From the NCBI RefSeq assembly GCF_004010195.1, contig NC_057719.1, positions 88,191,352-88,255,351 on the forward strand: a DNA stretch of 64,000 nucleotides. The letters run 5' to 3'. This document shows positions 11,140 through 26,400 of the stretch, one piece after another. Each line of letters begins with the position of its first letter. Position 1 is the stretch's first letter. The DNA is from Chiloscyllium plagiosum. Taxonomy: Eukaryota. The position numbers were made by a program, and so were the translations under genes. The notes under the pieces are model-generated. The model was not told the DNA's origin and did not search any database. It was given only the letters and a program-made list of their open reading frames with translations.

Positions 11140-14100
11140 AAGCACGTGAAATTAAGGGATACATGGCAAGATGGCTCAGGAACTGGCTTAGTAATACAGT
11201 ACTGTCAGTTTGAGTGACAGTCTATCACAAGGATCAGCACTGGGACCCTTATTTTTATATACATAAATAATATAAATGAAAATGTGGGGAAATTGTTCAG
11301 CAAGTTTACAGAATGTTACAGGAAGATGTAGATGGGTTGGTTAGATGGGCCATCCACTGGCAGATGATATTTAACCCTGATAAGCGTAAGATTTGGAAGA
11401 AGAAACAAGATGAGGGAGTATTTAATAAATGGCAAGACACTTAGTAGCTTAGAAGAACAGAGGGAATTTGTGGCAATTAATCACAGATCCCTGAAGTCAG
11501 CAGGGCAAATGAATAAGTAGTTAAGATGTCACATGGGATACTGTACTTGCTTTCATCAGTCGTGGCATGAAGTATAACAGCAAGGTGGTAATGTTGGAAT
11601 TGTACAGAGCATTGGTCAAGCCACAACTGGAGTACTGTATCTAGTTCAACTCACTACAAGGAGGATGTGAATGGCACTAGAGCGGATACAGAAGACGTTC
11701 ACCAGGATATTGCCTGGGATTGAGAAACTAAGCTATAAGGAAAGACTAGATAGGCTTGGTTTATTTTCTTTCGAGCAGAGAAGACGGAGAGAGGACATGA
11801 TTGAGCTGTAGAAGATTGCGAGGGGTATGGACAGGGTGAATAGAGGGCAGCAGTTCCCCTTAGCTGACGGGTCAATCAGAGGGCATTGTGAGGGTGTTGA
11901 CTTGCTCGTTGAGCTGGTAAGTTTGTTCACAGACATTTCATCACCATTCTAGCTAACTTCATCAGTGTACCTCTGGTGAAGCATTGGTGCTCTGTCCCAC
12001 TTGCTATTTATGTGATGGGTACATTGGGGATGGTAGTGTCATTTCCGGTTTTGTTGCTGGTTCTGTTTCTTAAAGGTTGGTATATGGAGTCCAACTCTAT
12101 ATGTTTGTTAATGGAGTCCCGGTTTGAGTGCCAAACTTCTAGGAATTCCGTGCATGTCACTGTTTGGCTTGTCCTAGGATGGATACGTTGTCTCAGTCGA
12201 ATTGGTGTCCTTTATTATCAGTGTGTATGAAATCAAACGATAGGTGTTCATGTCTCTTGACGGCTAGTGGGTGTTGGTGTACTCTGCTGGCTAATTTCCT
12301 TCCTGTATGCCTTATGTAGTGCTTTTGGCAGTCTTTTCATGGTATTTTATAAATAATCTGTTGGTTGTGGGTAGGAGATCCTTTATAGCTGTCATAGTGT
12401 GGTAGTTGGTTTGTGGGCTACCATTATACCCAGGAATAGTCTGGTAGTCATTTCTGATATGTCCTGAATGTATGACAGCGTGTGCAGATGTGTTGTGCCT
12501 TCCTGTTGTAGTCTCTGGTGTAGGTATCGGCAGATTATGCTTTTTTGGGTGCCTGTTGTTTCTGAAGATGTTATGCAGGTATTCTTATTGAGCTCGAGGT
12601 GCCGCAGTGTGTTATGGCACGCTTGAAAAATGTTCTTATTCTGCTCCGTTTGTGGGTGTTGTGATGGTTGCTGTTGTGAGTAAGTACTTGGTCTGTGTGG
12701 GTGGCCTTCCTATATACGCTGGTCTGGAACTTCCCACTGGCCTTGTGTTCAACCATTACGTCCAGGAAAGGGAGTTGGTGGTTGTTCTCTTCTTCCTTGA
12801 TGAATTTTATGCCAGTAAGGAGGTTGTATATGGGTTGATGGGTTTCTTACACCTGTGCGCATTTGGTAATGACAAAGGTATCACCGACATAGCGGATCCA
12901 CAGTTTAGGATGGCAGTGCTTTCCATCCTAGCCTTTGCAGGACAGCTTCTGTTATTAGTCCTGGTGTTTCATTGATCTATCTGTATATCTGGCCATTGAA
13001 GATGAAGCGGATCATGAGGCACAGACCTAGTAGTTTGAGTGCTGTCTTTGCCGATGGTGTTGGCGTTGTAGGTTGCCTTATTTCTTCGTCCTTCAAGTAG
13101 CAAGGCTAGTGTTTCCTTGGCTAGGGGGATGTCTATGGAGATGAACAATGCTATCATGTCAAAGGAGACCATAATCTCATCCTCACCTATTTTGGTGTCC
13201 TTGATGAAGTCGGTGAATTCTTAGGTGGAGTGAGTTGAGTTGTCTACTGGGTGTTTTCATTTTTGATGCAGTCCTGTGGCTTGCCTGTCTGTCAGTGTTC
13301 TGGAAATGAAACTATGGATCTAAGGAGGTTTTGGAGTTGGGGGAGCCTGGTTTGTTTACCTTGGGGAGTTCACAGAAATGGGGTATGCTGGATCCCTCTG
13401 GCCTCATTTTTTTGGAAATATGTCGTGTTAATTTCTCCTGGCTTGTGTAGATGAGGACCAGATTATAGCCTCCTTCAACATGACAACACCATTCACTGCC
13501 ATAGACATCCCCCTGCCCAAGGAAACACTAATCTTGCTACTCAAAGGACCAGGAATGCAGACAACCTTCAACACCAACAGCAAGGACAGCACCCTCAAAC
13601 GACTGGATCTGTGCCTCACGACCCACTTCATCTTCAATAGCCAGGTATACAAACAAATCAACGGAACACCCATGGGGATCACAGATAGCAGGACTAATAA
13701 CAGAAGCTGTCATGCAAAGACTACAACAGGCAGCACTGCCCACTATCCAGCCTAAAATGTTAATCCGTTATGTAAGTGACAACTTTGTCATTACCAAACG
13801 TGAACAGGTGAAGGAAGCCCATCAACTCATCAACACCATCCTTACTGGCATAAGGCCACCCACATAGACCAAGTACTCATTTACAACAGCAACCATCCCA
13901 ACACCCACAAACGGTACTGCATCAGAACATTGTTGAAGCAAGCCATAACACACTACAGCACCCTGGAGCTACGCAAAGCAGAAAAAGAATACCTACACGA
14001 CGCCTTCAGAATCAATGGGTACCGAGAAAGCGCAGTCAGCAGATATCTACACATCAGACCACTTCAGGAAAACACAACATGTCCACACACTGGCCACACT

Positions 14101-15000
14101 ACTGTACATTAAGGACATATCAGAAATGACACCAGACTATTCTGAACCCTGGGTATCATGGTAGTCCACAAATCAATTACCACACTACAACAGCTACTAA
14201 CAAGTATAAAGGATCCCATAGCCACAACCAACAGGACCGTTATATACAAAATACCATATAAAGACTATCAAAAGCTCTACATAAAGCAAACAGGAAGGAA
14301 ATTAGCCGTTAAGAGACATGATCACCTATTGCTTGCATCCATATACATGGATAATAAAGGACACCAATTCGACTGGGACAACGTACCCATCCTAGGATGA
14401 GCCAAACAGTGACATGCTCGGGAATTCCTAGAAGCTTGGCACTTAAACCGGAACTCCATGAATAAACATATAGAGTTGGACCCCATATACCAACCACTAA
14501 GAAACAGAACCAGCAACAAAACCGGAAATGACACTACCATCCCCAATGGACTCATCAAATAAAAAGCAAGTGGGTCAGAACCCCAACACTTCACAGAGGC
14601 ACACTGATATTAACGAGAATGGTGATGAAACATTCGTGAACAAAATTAATAGCTCTGCGAGCAAGTCAACACCCTCATCCACAATCTGAGCATCAAAGCA
14701 TCTCAAATACTCTGACCAGAGGGCATAGTTTTAGAGTATGGGGCAGGAGATTCAGAGGGGATTTGGGGGAAAAGCCTTTTCACTCAGTGGGTGGTGGGAA
14801 TCTGGAATGCACTGCCTCAGAAGGTAGTGGAGGGCTGGAAACCTTACAACCTTTAAAAAATATTTGGAGTAGTAGTTCAAACATTCAAGGATGTGGGGCA
14901 AGTGCAAGAAATTGGGATGACTGCACTTTTAGAGGTAGTTATGTCTTGGCATAAACTCGATGCACCAAAGGGCCTTTTCTGCATTGTACGAATCTATGAC
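11140..15000 (+). mobile_element. CR1-type LINE relic (11140-11886 plus 14717-15000) split by the Penelope-like insertion
   Basis: ORF2 C-terminal motifs continue across the insertion at the CAGAGGGCAT duplication. Confidence 0.75.
11887..14716. mobile_element. Degenerate Penelope-like retroelement (Poseidon-like), two inverted partial copies (minus ~11887-13445, plus ~13446-14716), nested in a CR1 LINE
   Basis: RT motifs MVSFD..LF.SI (12969..13172), YKQINGTPMG (13480..13755) and YRKATHTDQVL (12571..12756). GIY-YIG-like VIYKIP...LYIKQTGR (14158..14400). Inverted termini. TSD CAGAGGGCAT at 11877-11886 and 14717-14726. Confidence 0.85.
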
Positions 15001-16886
15001 TTTCCACATTGCTCCCTGATAAACATGATCAGAAGTCTGCTGCTCATATCCTCTCAGTAAATTCCACTCACCTATCACCTTGGTGCTCACTATCCACAAT
15101 GGTTCAAAGTCTGGCAGCACTTCAGTTGTAAAATCATCCTCAATGTCAAATCCCTCATCTCTCTTCATCCCTAACCTTCTACCTGCTCCCTCTTGGATTC
15201 TCACATACCCTAAATCTTCATTGTTCAACCATGGTTGGTTGCCTTCAGCTCTCCAGGTCTTAAACTCTTAAATTCCATCCTTCAGCCACTCCACTGTGTT
15301 CTCTGCCTTGAAAGTGATCCTTTTACTAAGCGTTTGATAACCTGTATGGATACCTTGTGATTCAGATGTGTTATTAAACAAAATTTTATTCTGTGAAGCA
15401 CTTTAAACACATTTTATTACACTAACTGTGCAGCATAATTCCATGTTGTTCTTGTTCTTAACCTAGTTATTTCCTCTCTGCTGCAGATTCTCCTAAAACC
15501 CTTACCCTTACAAATGAGTAGCTAGGCATATAACCAGGGAACTGTAATGCCAGAACACTCTGCTGAATTTTTGCAAACACACAGGCTTTCCTTGTGAACC
15601 CTACCTGAAAGACCAGACTGACCACATTCCCAGGTAATATCACCTGCATTAAATGATGGAAATTTCCTGATGGAATAGTGGCACACCATTCTTTGTAAAA
15701 ACATATGTAACCCTCCTCCTCAAAGGACTGGATTTCAGTAATAATATTCTGTGAAATCTCCAGCACTAGGCTCTCCTTATACAACATCCACACATTCATG
15801 CTTTACCCTGGCATCCCCCTTGGCCTTTCATAATTTGGTTTGTTCGTAACAGCACAGTGCCTCATTTCAGTACAGAGGTGAAGTTCAGAAGGGCCTCATA
15901 TCACTACATTACCTATTTTAGGGAGAGGTGGTCTTGGCAAGCTCAGGGATGAGGAGTCGTGGAAGGAGAAGGAGATGGGAATGAGGAGATAAGGCTACAA
16001 TCACATTAGTCATGATATTACTAAATGACAAAAGATATTGGAGGTCAAATGGTCTGATTCAGCTACTTGTTTGCCTTATCTCACCGGCCCAATAAACGGA
16101 TTTCTTTTGAGGAAGACTGCCTACCATTGTCATCCAGAGTGAAATTTCTAATGTTCAAGCAGCACCGAAATAAAATTTCGAAGGCTTTAGCCTCTGCCAG
16201 AAGCCTGAATTGATGAGCTGAATATGGACTGTGTTCTCTGAGAATGTACTCTGACTAGGATCTAATTTCCCCAGCCTCAACAGGATAACTAAGTCAGCTA
16301 AGGTGCTGCAATTCTGTTTTAGTTTCGTGCTTTAGCAATTATTGTTTGTATCTTTGTGTAAATAATTTGGAGAAAGCATACAGGACACATTTCAAAACCT
16401 TTCCTTGGCTCAAGTTGCAATGTTGAACTATCAATGTGCCCTGCGATGATATTTAAAGCGCTGTTTACAAAGGAACAGTCCAACTAGAGTGGAGTAAGTC
16501 TGAGCTAAAGGGAATGGCAGCACAAATTAATACATGCCCACAAGTCTTCACTTTAACTGGCAGCTTGTTACATTAATTATATCTTCATTATTACTGCATT
16601 AATCATAATCATAGGCAAGTGAGGACAATCTGTTACGCCTCGTCCGATGAAGCCTGTCCCAAATTATGGCCACATCAGTAAAAATGCAAAAATGACAATG
16701 AAATCAACATCAGACTATTTACCGAAATTCACTTAGTAACAGTCCCTAAAATAGTCTCAGAAATCCTTAAGGGGACTGTACAGTCAGACACTTCTTTCCC
16801 TGCAACTTAATACCAGTCATCAAGATCCTTTTCCAATCGACAATCCCACCCTCAGATATTTACCCTTAGCTTTTTAAGCAGGCTTA

Positions 16887-17700
<814 letters not shown>

Positions 17701-17964
17701 TAGAACAATGTGTTTTTGCTGCCTTCGGGAGACATTATATTCCTCCGCCAATGGCACTGTACTTGGGATTTTCAACCACCCCGATGGCTAACAAATCAGA
17801 AGAGTAGGAAAATCTAAACACTTCCATATCACACAGCTAGGCTTTTCACCCTACTCCACAATTTTTGCACTGGTCTCTTGCAGACCATCTCCCGGATCTC
17901 TGTGCTATGCCTTACCTCAGTGCCAAGCTCTACCTTCTGTGCCAAACCTAGAAGAAATCATTGG

Positions 17965-20080
17965 AAATAGGAACAGGAGTAGGCCATTCGGCCCCTCGAG
18001 CCTCCTCTGTCAATCACAGCTGATTTGACATCCATGTCCACTTTCCTGCATTTTCCCCATAACCCTTGACTCCTCTAATGATCAAGAATCTATCTCAGCC
18101 TTAAATCGACAGAAGGACTCTGCCTCCCCCCATCTCTCTGTGGCAAGGAATTCCAAAGAGTCACAACCCTGTGAGAGAATAAATCCCTTCTCATCTAAGT
18201 CTTAATATGGTGCTGCTTTATTCTGAGTCTGTGCTCCCTGGTCCTAGACTCTCCCATAAGGGAAACATCCGTTCAAGCACCTTAAAAATCCAAAGTGCAG
18301 AATCCCAACCTGTTCAACCTTTGTTTCTAAGACAATCCCTCTATAGGATGGTTCATCCTTGTGAACCTTCTTTAAAATGCCTCCTTCCTTAAATAACGGA
18401 ACCAAAACTGCTCATAATGCTCCAGATGTGGTCTCACCAGCACCTTGTACAGTTCTGACTTGGCTGTGAGTGGTACCCAGGTGGATAAAGGTGCAGTTAG
18501 AATTGAATGCTGTATGCAGAGTCATCGGGAAAAGTGATTTCTTTGTAGACACATTACAGAGGTTTTTGGGGGTTTTGAACTCTTAGATGATGTAAATCTC
18601 TATCTTTCATTGTAAACATTTGTTAGTAGAGAAGTTAACTCCTTATTGACTGAAGGGAACTTTGCTTTTAGACATAAAAACAATTCTGAAGTATTTGAGA
18701 GTTGAAAATGGACTGGAATAGCATGACATTTTTTACTGGAATGGAGGAGGTTGAGGGGTGACCATGTTGAGGTTTAAAAAAGTATGAAGAGCACAGATGA
18801 TGACGAGGGTCTTTTCCCTAGGGTTGGACAGTTCAAAATTAGGGGACATATTTTTTGAGAGTAGAAAGATTTATAAAGGACATGAAGGGCAACTTTTTAT
18901 TGTATACTGGTTTTGTGTGGAATGAACTGCCAGAGAAAGTAGTAGATACAGGTACAGTTACAACTTTCAAAAAACATTTGGATAAGTTCATGAATAGGAA
19001 AGGTTTGGAGGGATATGGTCCAAGAGCAAGCAGGTTGGACTAGTTTAGTTTTGGAATGGTCAGCATGGACTGGTTAGACCGAAGGATCTGATTTCATGCT
19101 GTATAAGTCTGACTTCCCTACTCTTATACTCTGACCCCCTTAGAAAATAGCCAAAAGTCCATCAGCCTTCCTGATAACCTGCTGCACCTGTGCGCTAGCT
19201 TTGTGTTTCATCCACAAATCCCCCCAAGTCCTTTTGTGCCACAGCTTTCTGCAGTTTTTCCTCCATTTAAACAATACTGTTCATTCCTGAAGAAGGGCTT
19301 ATGCCCGAAACGTCGATTCTCCTGTTCCTTGGATGCTGCCTGACCTGCTGCACTTTTCCAGCAACACATTTTCAGCTCATGTCAGTTAATGATAGGGTCC
19401 TGGGAAATGTTGCTGAACAAGGACAGCTAGGGTTGCAGATGTATAGCTCTTTGAAAATGAAGTTGCAGATAGACAGTGTAGTAAAGAAGGCGTTTAGTAC
19501 ACTTGCCTTCATTGGTCATAACATTGACATAACAGTTGGGATGGCATTGGTGAAGCCAATTCTAGTCGCCATCTATAGGAAAGGCGTTGTTAAACTTGAG
19601 AGGGTGCAGAAAAGATTTACAAGGATGTTGCCGGAGGGTTTAAGTTATAAGGAGAGGCTGAGCAGCATGGGCTTTTTTTTTTTACCCCCTGGAGCATCGG
19701 AAGCCGAGGGATGACCTCAGAGATTTATTAAATCATGAGTGGCATGGATAAGGTGAATAGCAAAGGCCTTTTTCCTAGGGTGGGAGAGTCCAAAACTAGG
19801 GGACACAGTTTTAAGGTGAGACTGGAAAGATTTAAAAAGAACCTGAGAGGTAACTTTTTCACACAGAGGGTGGTGCACGTATGCAATAAGCTGCCAGAGA
19901 AAGTGGTGTACAGTGGTACAATTACGACATTTAAAAGGCATTTAGATCGGTATACGAATAGTAAAGGTTTAAAGGAATATGGGCCAAATGCTGGATAGTG
20001 GGACAAGGTCAGATTGGGATGTCTGGTTGGCATAGGCGAGTTGGACCGTAGGATCTGTTTCCATGCTGTATAGCTATGAA
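17965..20080. mobile_element. Cluster of nested CR1-type LINE fragments (minus ~17965-18460; plus ~18720-19110 and ~19380-20080)
   Basis: KLERVQKRFTRMLP and RGNFFTQRVVHVCNKLP peptides (19301..19714, 19735..19998). Confidence 0.75.
19287..19314 (+). ncRNA. Minimal hammerhead-ribozyme-like motif within a Penelope terminus fragment (19281-19378)
   Basis: CTGAAGAAGGGCTTATGCCCGAAACGTC, identical to the 9727-9754 motif. Confidence 0.65.
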
Positions 20081-20632
20081 TATTTTTCTGTAATTTCTGT
20101 TTGTATCCATCTCTCAATCTGCCTTTCCACCTATTTTTGTCTCATCTGCAAATTTGGCTACAGTACATTTACTTCCTTCCTTCAAGTCATAAATATATAT
20201 TGTAAACAGTTGCGGTCCAAACTCTGTGAAACATTACTGGTTACAGGTCGCCAAATTGAAAAAGAATCCTTTATCTGCACTCACGGTTTCCTGCTCATGA
20301 GCTAATTCTCTATCCATGACGTCATACTACATCCAACATTGAGAGATATTTTACATTATGCCATCTCCACTCAATATTAAACTCACCTTAAATTCCATTT
20401 CCATTAATCCTTCACACCTCAGTAGGTATTATTCTAGCTAAGCGTGCTATAGACCAGAAAGACCAAAGTTTAACTGCTGCCTTGTGTGGCAGCAACTGCC
20501 CTCAGTGAAGGTGTTCACAACTGACCTCAACACCTTTGGATTAGGGAAAGAAAAATCACCAAGGTTCCTGCTCATTTATGCCTATGTGAGGTGCACACAA
20601 TGACAAGGACTAGGCAGGTCTGTGATGCCCCA

Positions 20633-20828
20633 TGATGTGAAGGTGTTGATGTTGCACTGGGGTGGACAAAGTTAAAAATCACACAACACCAGGTTATAGT
20701 CCAACAGGTTTATTTGGAAGTACAAGCTTTCGGAGTGCTGCTTCCTGAAAAAGGAGCAGCGGTCCAAAAGTTTATACTTCCAAATAAACTTGTTGGACTA
20801 TAACTTGGTGCTATGCGATTTTTAACTT
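20633..20828. mobile_element. Second-family palindromic mini-element with a 12-bp TSD
   Basis: TGTGATGCCCCA at 20621-20632 and 20829-20840. Inverted arms (caccaggttatagtccaacaggtttatttggaagta / tacttccaaataaacttgttggactataacttggtg). Confidence 0.8.
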
Positions 20829-21883
20829 TGTGATGCCCCAGACAGTTGAATATCTTGCTAATATTTATTGTCTGGACTTCCATCATTATTGGTCCACTTC
20901 AGGAAGAGAGCCAGAAAGCTATGGCAACATACCACAGAAATGGAGAGGAAAGGTATCATTGGCAAACCAGGCAACAGAAGGGTTTCATGCCTGTGCAGTC
21001 ATTGAAGCTTGCAACTAATAGAAACATACGATTTGTATTGAGGAACACCTACTAAGGCCATGGCACCTGTGCCAGAATTGCAATCATCAACAATCAGCAC
21101 ACTCACTTTTAGAGAGATTTCAAGCCCCAATCCAAACACTTGATTCCATAAAGTTGGCTGTCACTTCAGTTCTTAACTAAGCTACTGTTGCACTCAAATG
21201 AGGCATCTTAAGGTTACCGGCCAAACTAAACTGAAGCGATGGGAGTAAAGTCTTGTTTTAAAACACGTTATGATGGTCTGGGATGTCCTACCTGAAAATA
21301 CAGTGAAAGCAGCTTCAAACAACATTCTAAAGGGAAGTGGATAAAAGCTCAAAGAAATGATTGATAGGAAAACGGGATTAATGAAACTGAGATACCACTA
21401 CTAGCCTTCTCAAATGGATGAAATAGCTCTTGTATCAGTATTGAAACAAGGCAATAGTGTTCTCTTTAGTATCTTGAACAATATTGATCAATTGAGAAGT
21501 AGATTATCCAATCCTTCTCTCATTCCATCTCCTTCTACTGCAATTACCTGAGGCTGATTTAACAAGGAAAGGAAATTAGATTAAATATGGTATCTCCAAC
21601 ATTGACTTCCTCAAATAATGTACTGCAGGCTCTGAAATAGTAAGTCAAATCCACAGCTTCTGGCTCACAGAGAGTGAGATAGCACTGAGCTATGATTCAG
21701 GACACACACAGGTTACCTATTGAAGCATTCTAGTAAATCTTAGGTATCCTAAACTGGTGAACACATTTCCCTCTTGCCTTGAAGTAACATCATTTCTTCT
21801 CCCATTTTCCACACTTTTCAACTCTTGATCTATTGTGGGGACAACAATACAAAGGGGTTGACACAAAAAGCTGTAATTCTTAC

Positions 21884-21945
21884 CTTCCTTTCAAATTCTC
21901 GAGCTCCCGGTGGTGCAGCATGCTCCTCATGTGTTCATCCATCTC
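21884..21945 (-). CDS. ZNF106: ZNF106 coding exon (62 nt): EMDEHMRSMLHHRELENLKG(R), completes C2H2 finger 1
   Basis: ttacag| acceptor and AG|gtaag donor; phase 0 in, phase 2 out. Peptide essentially identical to recalled human ZNF106. Confidence 0.95.
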
Positions 21946-23449
21946 CTGTAACAAACACGTACATGTCATTTCTACCCTTCTTTCTCAATTCGTTTATCAA
22001 TTATGAACCAATCCAATGTTGGAAGAAGTTGTTTATGCATTGCTTTTGATTGCCCAAATGATGCCCTGACCTCAGCTCTCAGGTGGGATCACTACAATTG
22101 GGCTAGGAAAGGTGGAAGGGAAAAATATCAGTAATACTCCCTGCCTTTTTCTCATTATTGACTACTCCTCACTGGACAGCGTTGGGACCAATCAGGAATT
22201 AGCTCTGATACCCAATCCTCTCCACAGCCACTATCCTGCTGATATTCAAGGACTACAGATCCAAATGAAGAACAGACCTCCAGATGAAGGCTGCACAATG
22301 CCTATCAAGTTGTATTCAGTAATTTTAGGAGGGCAAATGTAAAACATAGGAAGCAAGAGCAAAAGGCGAGAATAGTCCACCATACTTTGATTTTAACTTG
22401 AATTTTAATGATCAGAGTGCCATCAACATTTACTGCCCATATCAAATTGCCATTCAGAAGGTCGTGGCAAGCCCTCTTCCTGAAATACTTCCAATCCAAT
22501 TCTAAATATTTCCGGAAGCAATTGATGCCGCTGCTCTGCTCATAGACTGGCTTTTTAGTTGGCAATCTGGAAGCATGCTTCCCAAGTAGCTTCAGGACAT
22601 CACAAAGTAAACACACACATACATGCGTGTATGTCAGACCATTCAAGCTTATCCATTTCAAAACCATACATTTCCATCATTTAAATTTTGTTTTGTGAAT
22701 AATTTGAGTTTTTACCTTCACACAAGTTTGTTTCTGATATGAATAAGTCAGAATTAATCATTTCAGAGTTCAACTTTCCTTTCATTATCTTGACTTGTGA
22801 ATGTTTTAAATTTCAATAGTGGCAACAATGTTTTGGGAAAACTAGTTTCTTCAAGGAATATATGTCTACAACCTTGGTATTCTAGGCTCAGAGCAATCAG
22901 GGCTGCCCCCACATTAACCCATTCCGGTTTGGTTTAAATATTTTCCAGATGTATGCTTTCTATGCCATTTGTCTTCTTTGCCTCTTCTAGAAGATTATTT
23001 TTTCTCTCAGATTTTGTAAAAAACCAACACAATCCAGACTCTTGAGCAGAAATTAGCTTCACAGCTCTTCTCCAAATTCTATCTTGCACTTGAACAAGTC
23101 ACAGAGTGATTAACACACTAAAATAGGTTCCTCATAATTTCCTACAACTTGCACTGTACTACTCTGGTTTATAATGCCAACATCCCAATGCTTTTTGATC
23201 GATACTCTGCATTAGTCAGATATATTGGACACATTACACTTTGAAGTGCCATAGTGTACTTCTGATGTACGTTAAATCCCATCTGGCACTATTCCACCCA
23301 TTTATGTACTTTGTCCAACTAATTGTATCATTTCAGAGCTGCTTCCACTGACCTTCTTGGTTGAACGTCTTTCACCAATGTGACTGTCCTAACTTAAAAA
23401 TTACTGAGGTAAACTAGCAGTTGTGATTGTTCTACTAATGATAAGTAGG

Positions 23450-26400
23450 AGTGACTGGACAAAGATTAACTGCAGCAGCAGCACCGTGCATGCATAAAGG
23501 TGGAGCTACCAAACAGGAGTGTATGCACACCAAACAACATTAAGCAGCAAGTGACATGCAGAGCTAAGCAATCCACAACCAATGAATCAGACCTAAGCTC
23601 TGCAGTCCTGCCACATCCTGTCCTGCATGGTGGTGGACAATTAAACAACTGACTGGAGGAGGCGGCTTCACAAATATATTCATCCTCAATAATGGAAGGG
23701 CCGAGCACAATCAGTTTAAAAGATGAGGCTGAAGCATTCGCAGCAATCTTCAGCCGGAAATGCTGAGTGGATGATTCATCTCGGTCTCCTCTACTGGTCC
23801 CAGCATCACAGATACCAGTATTCAGCCAGCTTGATTCATTCCACATGATATTAACGAACAGTTGGGGGCACTGGATACTGCAAAGACTATGGGCCCTGAC
23901 AACATTCTGGCAATAGTACTGAAGACTTGTGCTCGAGAACCTGCCACTCCCCTAGCTAAGCTGCTCCAATATAGTTACAAAACTGGCATTTACCCAACTA
24001 TGTTGAAAATTGCATATGTATATGTTAAACACTAAAAGCAGAAGTTCAACCAAGCCAGTCAGCACCCTATCACAGTCTACTCTCGATCATCAGTGATGTA
24101 ATGGAAGGTGTCAACAGCAGGAAGGCAGCACCTGCTCAGTGATGACCAGTTTTGGTTCTGACAGGCCCACTCAGCAACTGACCTGATTGCAACCTTGATT
24201 CAAACATGGACAAAAGAGCTGAATTCCAGAGGTGAGGTAAAACTAACAGCCCTTGACATCAAGGCTGCATTTGCCTCCAGGAGCTCTAACAAAACTGAAA
24301 TCAATGGGTATCAGGGGCAAACTGTCCACTGGTTAGAGTCATACCAGGCACTAGGAAGATGGCTTTGGTTGTTGGTTCAGTCATCACAGCTCCAGGACAT
24401 TTCAGCAAGGGTTCCTCAATCATCTTCAGCTGCTTCATCAATGACCTTCCCTCCATCATAAGGTCAAAAGTGGTATTGTTGGTCGATGACTGTACAATGT
24501 TCAGCACCATTCGTGACTCCTCAGATACTGGAGCAGTCCATGCTCAAATGTATCAAGATCTGAACAATATCCTGGCTTGTGCTGACAAGTAACAGGTGTG
24601 CCACACAAATATCAGGCAATGACCATCTTCACAAAGAGGAAATAGGACTGACGATGCTGGAGAGTCAGAGTCCAAAAGAGTGGAGCTGGAAAAGCATAAC
24701 GGGTCAGGCAGCATCCAAGAAGCAGTAGGGTTGACATTTTGGGCATAAGCCCTTCTTCAGGAATGTGCAGCAGGGAAGGGGGCTGAGAGATAAACAGGGG
24801 ATTGGGGGTGGCGCTGGTAGGTGGGAAGGTGGGAAAGCAATAGATAGATGCAGGTGGGTGGTAGGTCAGTGGGCAGGATGGAGTGGAGTGGTGAGAAGGA
24901 AGATGGACACGTAGGAAGTTCAAGAGGGCGGTGCCGAGTTGGAGGGTTAGATGTGGGATGAGGTGGAAGGGGGGCAGGATTTAGAAACTGGTGAAGTCGA
25001 TGTTGATGCTGTGTAGTTGGAGGGCCCTGAGGTGGAAAATGAGGCATTCTTTCTCCAGTTAGGGGGTAGGTTTCATTTGGAGGTGAAGCGGCCTATGACT
25101 TGCATGTCCTTGGGGAGTGAGAGGGGGAGTTGAAATGGTTGGCCATAGGGCGGTGAGGTTGGTTGGTGCATCCGTCCCAGAGATGTGCACTGATCTGTTG
25201 GCGTTCTGTCTCCCTTATGTAGAAGAGACCACACTGAGAGCAACAGGCACAGTCGATGAGGGTGGATGTGTAGGGAAATCTCCGGCAGATCTGAAATGAT
25301 CATTTAGGGCCTTGGACAGAGTAAGGGGGAACGTGTGGGCACAGGTTTTACACTTCTTGTGGTGGCAAGGAAAGGTGCCAGGTGTGGAGGGTGGGTTGGT
25401 GGAGAGGGGGCAGTGGACCTAACAAGGGAGTCATCAAGGGAATGGTCTCTGCGGAACGCACATCTCATCTTCACCACGGACATCCAATCCTTATACTCGT
25501 CCATCACCCATGACGAAAGTTTACAAGCCCTTGGTTTCTCTCTTTCCCACCGACATTCTCATTCCATTGGCAGAACTGGTCCTCACCCTCAGCAACTTCT
25601 CCTTTGAATCCTCCGACACCTTATGTGGGCATTCTCATGGGGCCTAGCTATGCCTCTCTTCGTAGGATATGTGGAACAGTCCATCTTCTGCAGTTACAAA
25701 GGCACCAACCCCCACCTTTTCTTCCACTACACTAATAACTGTATTGGCCTCACATCATGCTCCCACGAGGAAATTGAACAGTTCACCAACACCTTCCACC
25801 TTGATCTCAAGTTCACATGGGCCATCTCTGACACCTCCCTCCCCTTCCTGGACTTCTCAGTCTCCATCTCTGGCAACTGACTCGATACTGACATCTATTT
25901 CAAATTCACCTATTCCCACAGCTACACCTCCTCACAGTCCCCCTCCTGTAAAAATGCGATCCCTTACCCCCAATTCCTCCACTTCCGCTCCAGGAGGACC
26001 AATTCCACTCCAGGACAACCCAGATGTTCTCTTATTTCAAGGACCACAATTTCTCTTCCCACATGATCAACAATGCCCTCCAGCTCGTCTCCTCCACTTT
26101 CTGCACCTCCACCTCTCCAACTGCAACAAGGATAGAACCCCCGGTCCTCACAAATCTCCAGATACAGTGCATTATCCTCCGCCATTTCGACCACCTTCAG
26201 TCAGACCTCACCACCAAAGATATATTTTCCTCCCCAGACCTATCTGCTTCCTGCAGAGACCATTCCTTATGCAACTCCCTTGTTCGGTCCATGCCCCGTC
26301 CACCAATGTCCCCCCCTCCACAACTGGTACCTTCCCCTGCCACCACAAGAGGTGTAAAACCTGCACCCACATCTCCTCCCTCACCTCCTCCCAAGGCCCG

